DNA of 64,000 bases from an uncultured Clostridia bacterium (GTDB lineage: Bacteria > Bacillota > Clostridia > Christensenellales > CAMQZB01): NCBI GenBank assembly GCA_947039455.1, contig CAMQZB010000002.1, forward strand, positions 22,736 through 86,735. Direction: 5' to 3'. The number at the start of each line of letters is the position of its first letter. Positions within the stretch are counted from its first letter, which is position 1. A program made the translations under genes and the position numbers. The notes under the pieces are model-generated. The model made no database searches. It was not told the DNA's origin and saw nothing but the letters and a program-made list of their open reading frames with translations. Shown here in pieces: positions 27,446 through 36,796 of the stretch.

Positions 27446-28540
27446 ATGGGGTATATAATTATGGGTAAGAAAACAGGGGTAGGAAAGAAATTGGCAAAAA
27501 GATGGTTTATTGACGCATTTTCAGGAATGGCGTTGGGGCTTTTTGCAACCTTATTAATAGGATTGATAATCAAACAAATCGGTTCACTAATAGGTGATAA
27601 TGCAGTGGGAAACACCGTATACAGTGCAGGAGTTATTGCAAGTGCATTGATGGGAGCAGGAATTGGTGCGGGAATAGCGCGCAGTTTGAAAGCTGATAAA
27701 CTGGTGCTTTACGCAACAATAGTAGCGGGATTTATGGGAGCACAAGCAACAGGAATAATAAACGGAACATTAATTGAAGGAAATTCACTGGTAGCTGTAG
27801 CATGTGGCGAACCAATTGGAGCGTATATCACAGCGTTAATAGCATGTGAATTAGGGAATTTAGTAGTTGGAAAAACCAAAGTAGACATAGTAGTAGTGCC
27901 ATTTGTAGTGATAGTTTCAGCGATAGTTGTTGTATTTGCAATATGTCCATTTGTGATAGAAGGCATCAATATTATATCAGTGGGAATCAACAAAGCTATG
28001 GAATTGCAACCGTTTTTAATGGGAATAGTAATAGCAACATCGGTGGGCGTTTTGCTTACAATGCCAACCTCCTCCGCAGCGATTTGCATATCACTAAAAG
28101 TAGGCGGACTAGCAGGAGGCGCAGCAGTAATCGGATGTTGTTGTCACATGGTAGGATTTGCGGTGATGTCTTATAGAGAAAATAAATTCGGCGGATTGAT
28201 TGCTCAAGGATTAGGCACAAGTATGTTGCAAATACCAAACGTATTCAAAAAGCCAATAATACTTTTGCCACCAATAATAGCAAGCGTAATTCTAGGACCA
28301 ATAGCAACAACAGTATTCGGATTGCAGTGCGATTTCATGGGATCAGGCATGGGCACAAGCGGACTTGTTGGCGTACTTTCTACAATTCAAGCCTCAGCAT
28401 CAATCATGAGTGGTTTCGAATTATTTCTAGCAGTAGTGCTTCTAATGTTCGTTTTGCCAGCAGTAATTTGCCTTGCAATATCTGAGTTTATGAGAAAGAA
28501 AAAATACATTAATTTCGGTGATATGAAATTAGATTTGTAA
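27446..28540 (+). CDS. polytopic membrane protein, PTS EIIC_2-like family
   Basis: The N-terminus KRWFIDAFSGMALGLFATLLIGLIIKQIG and the roughly 10 glycine-rich TM segments resemble the stand-alone EIIC_2 family. No EIIA/EIIB partners are adjacent. A TTGAAA-17-TGaTATAAT promoter lies upstream. Confidence 0.55.
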   Translation: MGYIIMGKKTGVGKKLAKRWFIDAFSGMALGLFATLLIGLIIKQIGSLIGDNAVGNTVYSAGVIASALMGAGIGAGIARSLKADKLVLYATIVAGFMGAQATGIINGTLIEGNSLVAVACGEPIGAYITALIACELGNLVVGKTKVDIVVVPFVVIVSAIVVVFAICPFVIEGINIISVGINKAMELQPFLMGIVIATSVGVLLTMPTSSAAICISLKVGGLAGGAAVIGCCCHMVGFAVMSYRENKFGGLIAQGLGTSMLQIPNVFKKPIILLPPIIASVILGPIATTVFGLQCDFMGSGMGTSGLVGVLSTIQASASIMSGFELFLAVVLLMFVLPAVICLAISEFMRKKKYINFGDMKLDL

Positions 28541-28555
28541 ATAGCATATAAAACC

Positions 28556-28589
28556 AAAGTAGCAGTAGTAAATACTGCTACTTTTTTTT
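28556..28589 (+). terminator. rho-independent terminator
   Basis: GTAGCAGTA / TACTGCTAC stem followed by TTTTTTTT. Confidence 0.85.
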
Positions 28590-28655
28590 GAATTTATATT
28601 AAATAATTGTTCATTTATAGTGGAGAATTTAAGATAAATATGCTATTATATAACT

Positions 28656-30017
28656 ATGAAATTGAATTTAAGCGAAAATTTAATAAAACTATCGAAACTT
28701 CTACAAGGCGACCTATTTATAGTAGGTGGATTTGTTCGAAATGCGTTGATGGGGTTTTGTGAAACCGACATAGATTTAACAGGTTCAAAAACCCCAGAAG
28801 AAGTTATACACTTGCTGAAAAATCAATTTTCGGTAGTGTCAGACTACGCAAGTTTTGGCTCGCTTTTAATCATGGCAGGTGAAGAAAAGTATGAATATAC
28901 AACTTTCCGTAGTGACTCATACCTAAATGAAAAACATCGTCCAACTGAAATATTTTTCACTAAAGATATAGAAGTAGACGCAAAAAGACGTGATTTTACT
29001 GCTAATTCGGTTTATTATAATATAGAAAGTGGCGAAATTATCGACCCATTGAAAGGCATAATTGATATTGAGAAAAAGCTGTTACGTAGTTGTAATGGCG
29101 AAAAAACTTTTCAAGAAGACGGATTGCGTATTTTGCGATTGCTTCGTCAAATGGGAGAGTTGAATTATTCCATAGAGAAAGAAACCTTTAAATATTTATC
29201 AAATAACATTTCAATGTTAAAAGGAATAACAGCTGAACGAAAACGAGTGGAGCTTGATAAAATATTGATTTGCGACACGAAATACAGTGTTTCTAGCAAT
29301 GAAAAACTCTTTGAAGTACTTGAACTTATGAAAGATTTAGCGGTTTGGAAGTATCTAATCCCTGAATTAATGGAGGGTGTTGGAGTGGAGCAAAATCCTA
29401 TCTATCACCTACATGACGTGTTTTATCATACTATTTATGCAACAATAAATGCGAAGCCACACATTCGACTTGCTACACTTTTGCATGATGTTGGAAAGGT
29501 AAAAGCATTTAAGGACACTGGTGCATTTGTTATTCACCCAGAAGTTGGATCGGATTTAGTGCATGAAATACTTGGGCAAAATGGGCTGAAATACAGCAAA
29601 AATCAAGTAAATGTTACCGCACGATTGGTGAAATATCACATGATTGACATTAATGGTGACATGAAAGAAAATAAATTGAGAGCATTTTTCATTGAAAATC
29701 AAGACATTATTGAAGATTTAATACTACTAAAAACAGCGGACGGAAACGGAAGAAAAGTGGTTTCCAATGCTGATGTAATAAAGAAATGGCAAAACCTTTG
29801 GGAGAAAATGCACTTAGAGAAAGTACCATTTTCTGTCAGTGATTTAGCGATAAATGGCACAACAGTCAAAGATATTGTTGGGATAGAAAATATAAAACAC
29901 ATTTCTACAATATTAAAAAAACTGCAAATAGAAGTTTCTACTAATAGAATTAAAAACGAAAAAGGAATTTTGGAGAGTTACATTCCAAGACTTTTGAAAG
30001 AGGTAAGTAAATGTTAA
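28656..30017 (+). CDS. cca: CCA-adding tRNA nucleotidyltransferase (with HD domain)
   Basis: GGFVRNALMG..DIDL nucleotidyltransferase motif, RRDFTAN, and an HD region (LLHDVGK). Confidence 0.85.
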   Translation: MKLNLSENLIKLSKLLQGDLFIVGGFVRNALMGFCETDIDLTGSKTPEEVIHLLKNQFSVVSDYASFGSLLIMAGEEKYEYTTFRSDSYLNEKHRPTEIFFTKDIEVDAKRRDFTANSVYYNIESGEIIDPLKGIIDIEKKLLRSCNGEKTFQEDGLRILRLLRQMGELNYSIEKETFKYLSNNISMLKGITAERKRVELDKILICDTKYSVSSNEKLFEVLELMKDLAVWKYLIPELMEGVGVEQNPIYHLHDVFYHTIYATINAKPHIRLATLLHDVGKVKAFKDTGAFVIHPEVGSDLVHEILGQNGLKYSKNQVNVTARLVKYHMIDINGDMKENKLRAFFIENQDIIEDLILLKTADGNGRKVVSNADVIKKWQNLWEKMHLEKVPFSVSDLAINGTTVKDIVGIENIKHISTILKKLQIEVSTNRIKNEKGILESYIPRLLKEVSKC

Positions 30018-31522
30018 CAAATATTTTAATAGCAACAGCAATTTTAGTTGGAATTGTAAATGTAATTGCAACTATAGTTATATCAAAGAAAAAATCTACC
30101 GATGATTTTTCTGAAACTTTCAAGACACAAAATGAAGAATCAACAGTTAAAATAATTGAAGAAACTTTTCGTCAAAACCAAGAAAGTATTCGTCAACAAA
30201 GCCAGTTGGTGGGGCAATTATCCGTTCAGCTAGGCGAAACTTTGAAGTATCAAGGGGAATTCCAAAAGGAAAGACTAGACAGTTTTGAGAGAAATCTAGT
30301 GGGTTCAATGAAGTCAGTTGAAGAAAACTTGAGGCAAATGACTGAGCAAAATCGTATAGTTATGGAAAAAACAAGGAATATAATTGACGAAAGCCTGAGA
30401 AGAATTTCAGCGGAGTCAAATGATAGTCAAGACAAAACAAGAAATGTAATTGAAGTGAATTTAAAAAATCTTACTGAGAAAAACACTATTGATTTAGAAG
30501 CAAACCGAAAAGCAGTTGAAGAATCTTTACGTTTTATTATGGAGCAAAACACTCAATCATTAGATAAAACTAGATTTGTAGTAGACCAAAATTTAAAGAA
30601 TATGTCAGATAAAAACGCATTTGCACTTGAAGAAATGAGAAATGTAGTTGATGAAAAGTTGTCAAAAACTCTAGAAACTAGATTGAATCAATCATTTGAA
30701 GTAATTAATAAAAGCCTATCACAAGTTAATCAAGGGTTAGGTGATATGCAAAACCTAGCGAAAGATGTTGGGGGCTTGAAAAACGTATTGCAAAACGTAA
30801 AAGTACGTGGAACATGGGCTGAATGGCAACTTGATAACTTGCTTTCAGAGTTTTTAACTAAAGAACAATACGTTAAAAATGCCTCAGTTAATCCACGTTC
30901 TCAAGAGCGAGTTGATTTCGTAATTAAATTACCTGGAAACGGTGAAGAAGTTCTTCTTCCAATAGATTCAAAATTCCCAATTGAAGAGTATAATCGATTG
31001 GTTACAGCAAGTCAGGAAGGGGATATGATAGCATATGAAAAGGCTGTGAAAAATTTAGAATTGCGTATTAAAGAGGAAGCGAAGTCAATTAGCTCAAAGT
31101 ATATAGTAGTACCAAAAACCACGGATTTCGCAATTATGTACTTGCCCATTGAAGGTTTGTATTCAGAAGTTGTTAGAAAAGAAGGGTTGTGTGAATTCTT
31201 ACAAAGACAGTATAGAATTACGGTTTGCGGACCAAGTACATTAGGTGCAATTTTAACATCATTGCAAATGGGATTTAAAACATTAGCAATTGAGAAAAAA
31301 AGCAGTGAAATTCATAAAACACTACTAGTATTCAAAAATCACTTCTCAAAGTTCACTGATATGCTAGAGAAAGCTCAAAAGAAAATTTCAGAAGCAAGTA
31401 ACACAATAGAGGACGCAACAAAACGAACTAAAACTATTGAAAGAACACTAAATAAAGTTGAGCTTGCTGGGTTTACCGAAAAAGAGATTGAAGTGGAGGC
31501 GTTAAGTTATGATGAGAGCTGA
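30011..31522 (+). CDS. rmuC: DNA recombination protein RmuC
   Basis: N-terminal TM segment, long coiled coil, and a C-terminal nuclease-like block (RVDFVIKLPG...LPIDSKFP...MYLP.EGLY). Confidence 0.88.
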   Translation: MLTNILIATAILVGIVNVIATIVISKKKSTDDFSETFKTQNEESTVKIIEETFRQNQESIRQQSQLVGQLSVQLGETLKYQGEFQKERLDSFERNLVGSMKSVEENLRQMTEQNRIVMEKTRNIIDESLRRISAESNDSQDKTRNVIEVNLKNLTEKNTIDLEANRKAVEESLRFIMEQNTQSLDKTRFVVDQNLKNMSDKNAFALEEMRNVVDEKLSKTLETRLNQSFEVINKSLSQVNQGLGDMQNLAKDVGGLKNVLQNVKVRGTWAEWQLDNLLSEFLTKEQYVKNASVNPRSQERVDFVIKLPGNGEEVLLPIDSKFPIEEYNRLVTASQEGDMIAYEKAVKNLELRIKEEAKSISSKYIVVPKTTDFAIMYLPIEGLYSEVVRKEGLCEFLQRQYRITVCGPSTLGAILTSLQMGFKTLAIEKKSSEIHKTLLVFKNHFSKFTDMLEKAQKKISEASNTIEDATKRTKTIERTLNKVELAGFTEKEIEVEALSYDES

Positions 31523-32327
31523 TTTGCATAGTCATTCATACTATTCAGACGGCGAGCTATCACCATACGAATTAGTAAAAATGGCAAAGAATGCTGACCT
31601 TGAATATTTTGCACTAACAGACCACGATTGCCTTATGGGAATTGGTGAAGCAATTGAAGCTGGGAAAGAATTGGGAATAACTGTCATTACGGGAATTGAA
31701 TTATCCTGTTATTTTTCTTGCGATGTGCACATACTAGGTTACGGAATTGATTACAAAGACAAAAACTTTATTGAAATTCTTGAGAAAGTTCAAGAAAAAA
31801 GAACCCACCGTAATTATCTGATCCTAGAAAAATTGAAAGAATTTAATATTAATATTGACAAAGACGAGTTTGATTCCCATTGTGTTGGGAGGGTTGCTGG
31901 AAGAACGCAAATTGGCGAACTTATGGTGATTCATGGATACGTAAAGAGTGTGAAAGACGCCTTTGATTACTACCTTGCATCAGGAAAACGAGCATTTATA
32001 AATGCATTTAGATTGACGCCTGAGGAAGCAGTGAAGTATATCAGAAGTGTTGGGGGCATACCAGTTTTAGCGCATCCAAATCAACTTCGAATGGGGAAAC
32101 CCGACTTGTTTGATTTTGTTCATAACTTGAAAAAACATGGTTTAATGGGAGTGGAAACATATTATTATACTCACTCCGCCCATGACATAAAATTTTATGA
32201 AAAACTAACATCTGATCTAGGATTAATAAATACAGCAGGCTCTGATTATCATGGCAAATCAAGAAATTCAGTGTTGGGCAGAGTGCCTCGTGAAATGAGC
32301 GAGGAGATGAAAAAAATATTTATATAA
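31509..32327 (+). CDS. PHP domain phosphoesterase (TrpH/YciV-like)
   Basis: DLHSHSYYSDG, ALTDHD, LAHP and GSDYHG metal-binding motifs. Confidence 0.85.
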   Translation: MMRADLHSHSYYSDGELSPYELVKMAKNADLEYFALTDHDCLMGIGEAIEAGKELGITVITGIELSCYFSCDVHILGYGIDYKDKNFIEILEKVQEKRTHRNYLILEKLKEFNINIDKDEFDSHCVGRVAGRTQIGELMVIHGYVKSVKDAFDYYLASGKRAFINAFRLTPEEAVKYIRSVGGIPVLAHPNQLRMGKPDLFDFVHNLKKHGLMGVETYYYTHSAHDIKFYEKLTSDLGLINTAGSDYHGKSRNSVLGRVPREMSEEMKKIFI

Positions 32328-32341
32328 GGTGATGGTATTAG

Positions 32342-33184
32342 ATGAAAAAGAGATTTGCGAGGGTACTATCGATTACCGTTAGTATCCTATTAACTTTAAA
32401 TTGCATACAGTTGCCGACTGTGGCGAAAGCTAGTCCCAATTTGGGATATCAAGAAATTTCTTCTAACCTAGTAGTAATTTCGGAATTTGAAACTAGTTTT
32501 ACAACAAGTGGAAAAAACCGAAGTCACAACGTTGCCTTAGCTACGGAACTTTTGAATAACACGTTAATTTTCCCCAACGAGGAATTTTCCTTTAACGAAA
32601 CAGTGGGAAGACGTGATAAAGCCAGAGGATTTCTAGAAGCAAAAATTATAGTCAATTCCAAATACCAAGACGGCATTGGAGGTGGAGTGTGCCAAGTATC
32701 AACAACATTGTTTAATGCAGCGTTGTTAAGTAACCTAAAAATCACGGAAGCACACCAACATTCATTGCAGTCAACTTATGTTTCGCCGTCATTTGACGCA
32801 ATGGTAGACTATGGAAGACGAGACCTGAAGTTTGTCAATAATACTGATAGTGTAATATTAATAAAAACACGAACGGAAAACAAGAAAATAATTGTGACAA
32901 TCTACGGAAAAAAGAAAGACGATGGTTTAACTATTGTCCGACACTCAGAAACCAACGAAGTAGTGCCATATACTGAAAAAGTCATCTACGACAGCACTAA
33001 CGAGTTCAAAGAGCTGGGGTTGGAAATCAACGAAAGTGGGTTTTTAGCCTACGGAAAAAATGGACTAGTTGCCACATCATATCTTATTTTTATGAAAGAC
33101 GGAATTGAAGTGGAAAGGAAAAAAGTACGCACAAGCTACTATAAATCTCAAGAGGCTGTAAAAGTCACAAGAGTAGAAAAGTAA
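32342..33184 (+). CDS. VanW family protein (secreted)
   Basis: Signal peptide followed by the VanW core (FSFNETVG.R....GF..A..I......GIGGGVCQVSTTLFNAA). Confidence 0.85.
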   Translation: MKKRFARVLSITVSILLTLNCIQLPTVAKASPNLGYQEISSNLVVISEFETSFTTSGKNRSHNVALATELLNNTLIFPNEEFSFNETVGRRDKARGFLEAKIIVNSKYQDGIGGGVCQVSTTLFNAALLSNLKITEAHQHSLQSTYVSPSFDAMVDYGRRDLKFVNNTDSVILIKTRTENKKIIVTIYGKKKDDGLTIVRHSETNEVVPYTEKVIYDSTNEFKELGLEINESGFLAYGKNGLVATSYLIFMKDGIEVERKKVRTSYYKSQEAVKVTRVEK

Positions 33185-33200
33185 GTAATACGTACAACGT

Positions 33201-33239
33201 AAAAAAAAGAGTATTCTCGTAACGAGAATACTCTTTTTT
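33201..33239 (+). terminator. rho-independent terminator after the VanW gene
   Basis: AGAGTATTCTCG / CGAGAATACTCT 12-bp stem flanked by A8 and T5. Confidence 0.9.
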
Positions 33240-33280
33240 ACATATAACCACACATAAATAAGAAAGCTACCCAACAAAAA

Positions 33281-33318
33281 AACACCCAAACAAAACAAAA
33301 ACACCCAAACAAAAATAA
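33281..33318. repeat. tandem duplication of a 19-bp A/C-only unit (AACACCCAAACAAAACAAA / AACACCCAAACAAAAATAA)
   Basis: Read directly. The unit is a degenerate relative of the CCCAAAA repeat at 6392-6447. Confidence 0.85.
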
Positions 33319-33442
33319 GAAACCCACCAAAATGGCGTTGGAAATAAAACAACAGTATTTAAAAGAGTCAAGGGGCTATGCTCCTTGTTGGGGTTTGGGG
33401 CGAATAGCCCCATCTAACTTAATAAAACAATCCAAAAAACAA

Positions 33443-33471
33443 CAAAAAAAAGATGATAAATAAATATCATC
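33443..33471 (-). terminator. rho-independent terminator of the alcohol dehydrogenase gene (- strand)
   Basis: AGATGATA / TATCATCT stem. The A-run on the + strand reads as a T-run on the - strand. Confidence 0.75.
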
Positions 33472-33494
33472 TTAATAAGTTAAATTAAATTCAA

Positions 33495-34517
33495 TTACAC
33501 AGTAATAGCATACAAGAAATGTTTGTCATTAGCAGTCTCAATCATCTTACTTTCAAAGAAAGAAGGCACATCAGAAAAATTAACTTCACCAGAAATCAAA
33601 GGTAGAACCTCGATTTTTCCATTAACTAAAAGATTAATAGCACTAATGAAATTATCTTTAGAAAGTGGAGTAGGGAAAACTGAAATTTGATGAACAAGTA
33701 ATTCATAAATTGATAAGTTTTCAAAAACATTATCGTGAGAAGTAGTAGTAGACAAAACTAAAGAACCGCCATTTTTAATAAAAGTGAAACAATCAGAAAC
33801 TTGCATAGCGCGTTTATTAATATAAATCATAGAATCAACGAGTTTTCCGCTAGTGACTTGCATAACTTTTTTCAAAGTAGTGTCATCATTATCGAAAGCG
33901 TAGTAAATACCCACTTCTTTAGCAGTATCAAGATAAGATTGTTGTTTATCGAAAACAATAGGAATACATTGATAGTACATAGCAAGTTGAGCGATCAAGT
34001 TACCAAGAAGGCCGCCGCTACCAACACCAATGAAAGAGCCAGCTTCATATTTAATTTTAGCAAAAGAGTGAATAGCAGAGGCAATATAAGGAATAAAAAT
34101 AGCTTCCTTATCAGAAATTCTCTCAGGTAAAAGGTATAGATTGTCAATAGGAATAAGAGCGAAATCTTTCAAGAAACCGTCGTTTTTAAATCCAGCGCTG
34201 TAAATATTAGTACATTCATTGTTGTTACCAGATTTACATTTTAGACAATTACCGCAAGAAAAGAATGGTGAAATAATAACACGATCGCCTTTTTTCAAAT
34301 AAGATGAGTTCTCGTCAATCTCACTAATGATACCAACAGCTAAGTGGCCAAGAGTGATAGGATAATCCTGTTCACCTATACCGCTAAACAGTTTAAATTC
34401 GTTTTGAGAAACGCCAACCATAGTGATTTTAACCTTGGCGAAGCTATTAAGTGATAGATTTTCCACTTCTTGAACAAGTTCCATTTTCTTAGGCCCAGTA
34501 AGTTTCCATGTATTCAT
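33495..34517 (-). CDS. zinc-dependent medium-chain alcohol/polyol dehydrogenase family protein
   Basis: GHLAVG catalytic-Zn region, structural Zn loop CGNCLKCKSG..NEC, and a Rossmann motif (GVGSGGLLG). RBS is GGAGG. Confidence 0.85.
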   Translation of the reverse strand: MNTWKLTGPKKMELVQEVENLSLNSFAKVKITMVGVSQNEFKLFSGIGEQDYPITLGHLAVGIISEIDENSSYLKKGDRVIISPFFSCGNCLKCKSGNNNECTNIYSAGFKNDGFLKDFALIPIDNLYLLPERISDKEAIFIPYIASAIHSFAKIKYEAGSFIGVGSGGLLGNLIAQLAMYYQCIPIVFDKQQSYLDTAKEVGIYYAFDNDDTTLKKVMQVTSGKLVDSMIYINKRAMQVSDCFTFIKNGGSLVLSTTTSHDNVFENLSIYELLVHQISVFPTPLSKDNFISAINLLVNGKIEVLPLISGEVNFSDVPSFFESKMIETANDKHFLYAITV

Positions 34518-34625
34518 AATACCTCCAAAATTGAAAAAAACACCAATAAAGCATCAATATTCTTCTACGGAGCATATTATACTATAAAATATTTTATTTT
34601 GCAAGTGGAATTATGCGTTTTTTTC

Positions 34626-34654
34626 TTGACATTATTTAAAATTAGAGATATAAT
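34626..34654 (+). promoter_or_regulatory. consensus sigma-A promoter of rpmE
   Basis: TTGACA (34626-34631), 17 nt, TATAAT (34649-34654). Confidence 0.8.
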
Positions 34655-34702
34655 AAACAAGTAATAAAAAAGAAATGATTAAAAATGGAGGTGTAAGGCG
34701 AT

Positions 34703-34906
34703 ATGCAAAGCGGAATTCATCCTGAATATAATGAAGTTAATGTAGCATGTGCTTGTGGAGCAAAATTCACAACTGGTTCTACTAAAAAAACCGAAATTAT
34801 CAAAGTTGACATTTGTAGCAAATGTCACCCATTCTTTACTGGAAAGCAAAAGATGATTGATACTGGTGGACGTGTTGATAAATTCAACAAACGTTACGGT
34901 CTGTAA
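34703..34906 (+). CDS. rpmE: 50S ribosomal protein L31 (Zn-ribbon type A)
   Basis: [22 protein letters not shown]...[27 protein letters not shown]. Confidence 0.97.
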   Translation: MQSGIHPEYNEVNVACACGAKFTTGSTKKTEIIKVDICSKCHPFFTGKQKMIDTGGRVDKFNKRYGL

Positions 34907-34918
34907 AAAGAAAAAAAA

Positions 34919-34957
34919 GGGCTCTGTGTTTCTATCGAAGCATAGAGCTTTACTTTT
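34919..34957 (+). terminator. probable rho-independent terminator after rpmE
   Basis: GCTCTGTG / CATAGAGC stem (one G-T pair) followed by TTTACTTTT. Confidence 0.6.
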
Positions 34958-35053
34958 ATACAAATATAGAATGAAAAGTAAAAATTTAAAAGAATATCTT
35001 ATGTTATAACGAGCATAATTAAATATATATATAAAAAGACGGAGAAACAAATA

Positions 35054-36796
35054 TTGAGAAATAGTAAAATAGGCGGTCAAGCGGTAATAGAAGGTGTAAT
35101 GATGCGGGGCGAAAGTGCTGCAGCCTTAGCTTGTCGTGATGAAAAAGGTGAAATAAGAATAAAGACATGGAGACTAAAACCAAAAAGCGTATGGAGAAAA
35201 ATCCCAATTATACGTGGAGTAGTTAGTTTTCTAGGCTCAATAAGTGAAGGAACAAAAACTCTGATGGACTCAGCAAATGTCTTTGGAGAAGAAGAGCCTT
35301 CAAAATTCGAACAATGGGTAGCCAAGAAATTCAAAGTAGACCTAATAAATGTAGTAATAATAATTGCCGCATTCTTAGGATTAGCTCTTGCTGTGGGATT
35401 ATTTATAGTGTTGCCAGCAGCATTATCAAGCTGGACAATGAGCCTATTTGACTTAACAAGCAACTCAGTTCGAGTATGGATAGAAGCGGGAATGAAATTA
35501 GTAATATTATTTTGTTATATATTATTAACATCATTACTTGGTGATATCAAACGGGTATATATGTATCACGGAGCGGAACACAAAACATTGAATTGCTATG
35601 AACACGAACTTGAATTAACAGTTGAGAACGTAAGAAACAGCAAGAAATTCCACAACAGATGTGGAACAACGTTCCTGTTTTTCGTAGTACTAGTTGGTGT
35701 TGTTGTAACAGCATTAATCAATATCGAAAACGAAGTATTAAGAGTACTAGTAAAAATAGCGTTGTTACCATTAACAGCAGGAATCGCCTATGAACTATTG
35801 ATGTTCGTAGCGAAAGCAAAAAGTCCTATATTCTATCCACTAAAATTGCCAGGAATGTTGCTACAAAAAATAACAACTAAAGAGCCTGACGACAAAATGA
35901 TAGAAGTGGCAATAACATCATTTAATGCGGTACTAGAACTTGATTCTGATAGCGCATTGCCTATTTACGATAGATTTACTTTCAAATACGCTAGTGACGT
36001 TAAACGTGAAGGCAAGAAAATCTTAACTAAAGCGAAAGTAGAGTTTGATGCGGATATTGATTGGGTGTTAGTACACGTATTAGCTAAAAAACGTAGTGAA
36101 ATTTCGAATTTCACTAAAATTTCTATTGAAGAATACGACAAAGCTATTAAGATTATAAAAGAACGAGCAACAGGAAAACCATTGTGGCACATACTAGGCT
36201 ATGCGTCATTCTACGGAATCGACTTAATTTCTGACAGCAGAGGATTGATACCTCGCCCAGAAACTGAAGAGTTGTTGTTGCTAGCAATAAAAGAAGCGGA
36301 AGGCAAAAATACAGTTCTTGACCTTTGCACAGGTTCAGGAGCAATCGCAATCGCCTTAGCGAAAAACACGGAATTAAAAGTTACAGCAGTGGATTATTCT
36401 GAATCTGCAATTGAATTAACAAATGAGAATATCAATAAAATTGGTGTAGAAGTGGAAGTGATAAAATCAGATATGTTCACTGAACTATCAGGAAGAAAAT
36501 TTGATATTATAGTATCAAATCCACCTTATATACCAACTAAAGACATAGATAATTTACAAAACGAAGTGAAAAAGCATGAACCTATGATGGCGCTAGACGG
36601 CGGAGAGGACGGCTTAGATTTCTATCGTATCATTGCAAATAACGCAAAAAACCACCTAAATGAAGGGGGCGTAGTTCTTATGGAAATAGGAATTAATCAA
36701 AGCAAAGATGTAATGGAATTGTTTAGTGAATATAAAGACGTTGAAGTAAAAGTTGATATGTTAGATGTAGAAAGAATTATTATTGGGAGAATGTAA
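35054..36796 (+). CDS. prmC: fusion protein: DUF1385 membrane domain (N) plus release-factor glutamine N5-methyltransferase PrmC/HemK (C)
   Basis: Residues 1 to about 300 (IGGQAVIEGVMMRG...HGAEHK...) match the DUF1385/YqhQ-like family. From about residue 300 to 580 it carries the PrmC motifs (GKPLWHILG, LIPRPETE, DLCTGSGAIA, NPPYIP). It is one uninterrupted ORF starting at TTG after an ACGGAGA RBS. Confidence 0.85.
   Translation: MRNSKIGGQAVIEGVMMRGESAAALACRDEKGEIRIKTWRLKPKSVWRKIPIIRGVVSFLGSISEGTKTLMDSANVFGEEEPSKFEQWVAKKFKVDLINVVIIIAAFLGLALAVGLFIVLPAALSSWTMSLFDLTSNSVRVWIEAGMKLVILFCYILLTSLLGDIKRVYMYHGAEHKTLNCYEHELELTVENVRNSKKFHNRCGTTFLFFVVLVGVVVTALINIENEVLRVLVKIALLPLTAGIAYELLMFVAKAKSPIFYPLKLPGMLLQKITTKEPDDKMIEVAITSFNAVLELDSDSALPIYDRFTFKYASDVKREGKKILTKAKVEFDADIDWVLVHVLAKKRSEISNFTKISIEEYDKAIKIIKERATGKPLWHILGYASFYGIDLISDSRGLIPRPETEELLLLAIKEAEGKNTVLDLCTGSGAIAIALAKNTELKVTAVDYSESAIELTNENINKIGVEVEVIKSDMFTELSGRKFDIIVSNPPYIPTKDIDNLQNEVKKHEPMMALDGGEDGLDFYRIIANNAKNHLNEGGVVLMEIGINQSKDVMELFSEYKDVEVKVDMLDVERIIIGRM

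Noticed and set aside
34679-35080. 133-aa - strand ORF covering rpmE and its terminator
   Set aside because: rpmE on the + strand is unmistakable. The - strand ORF crosses the terminator hairpin and a promoter.
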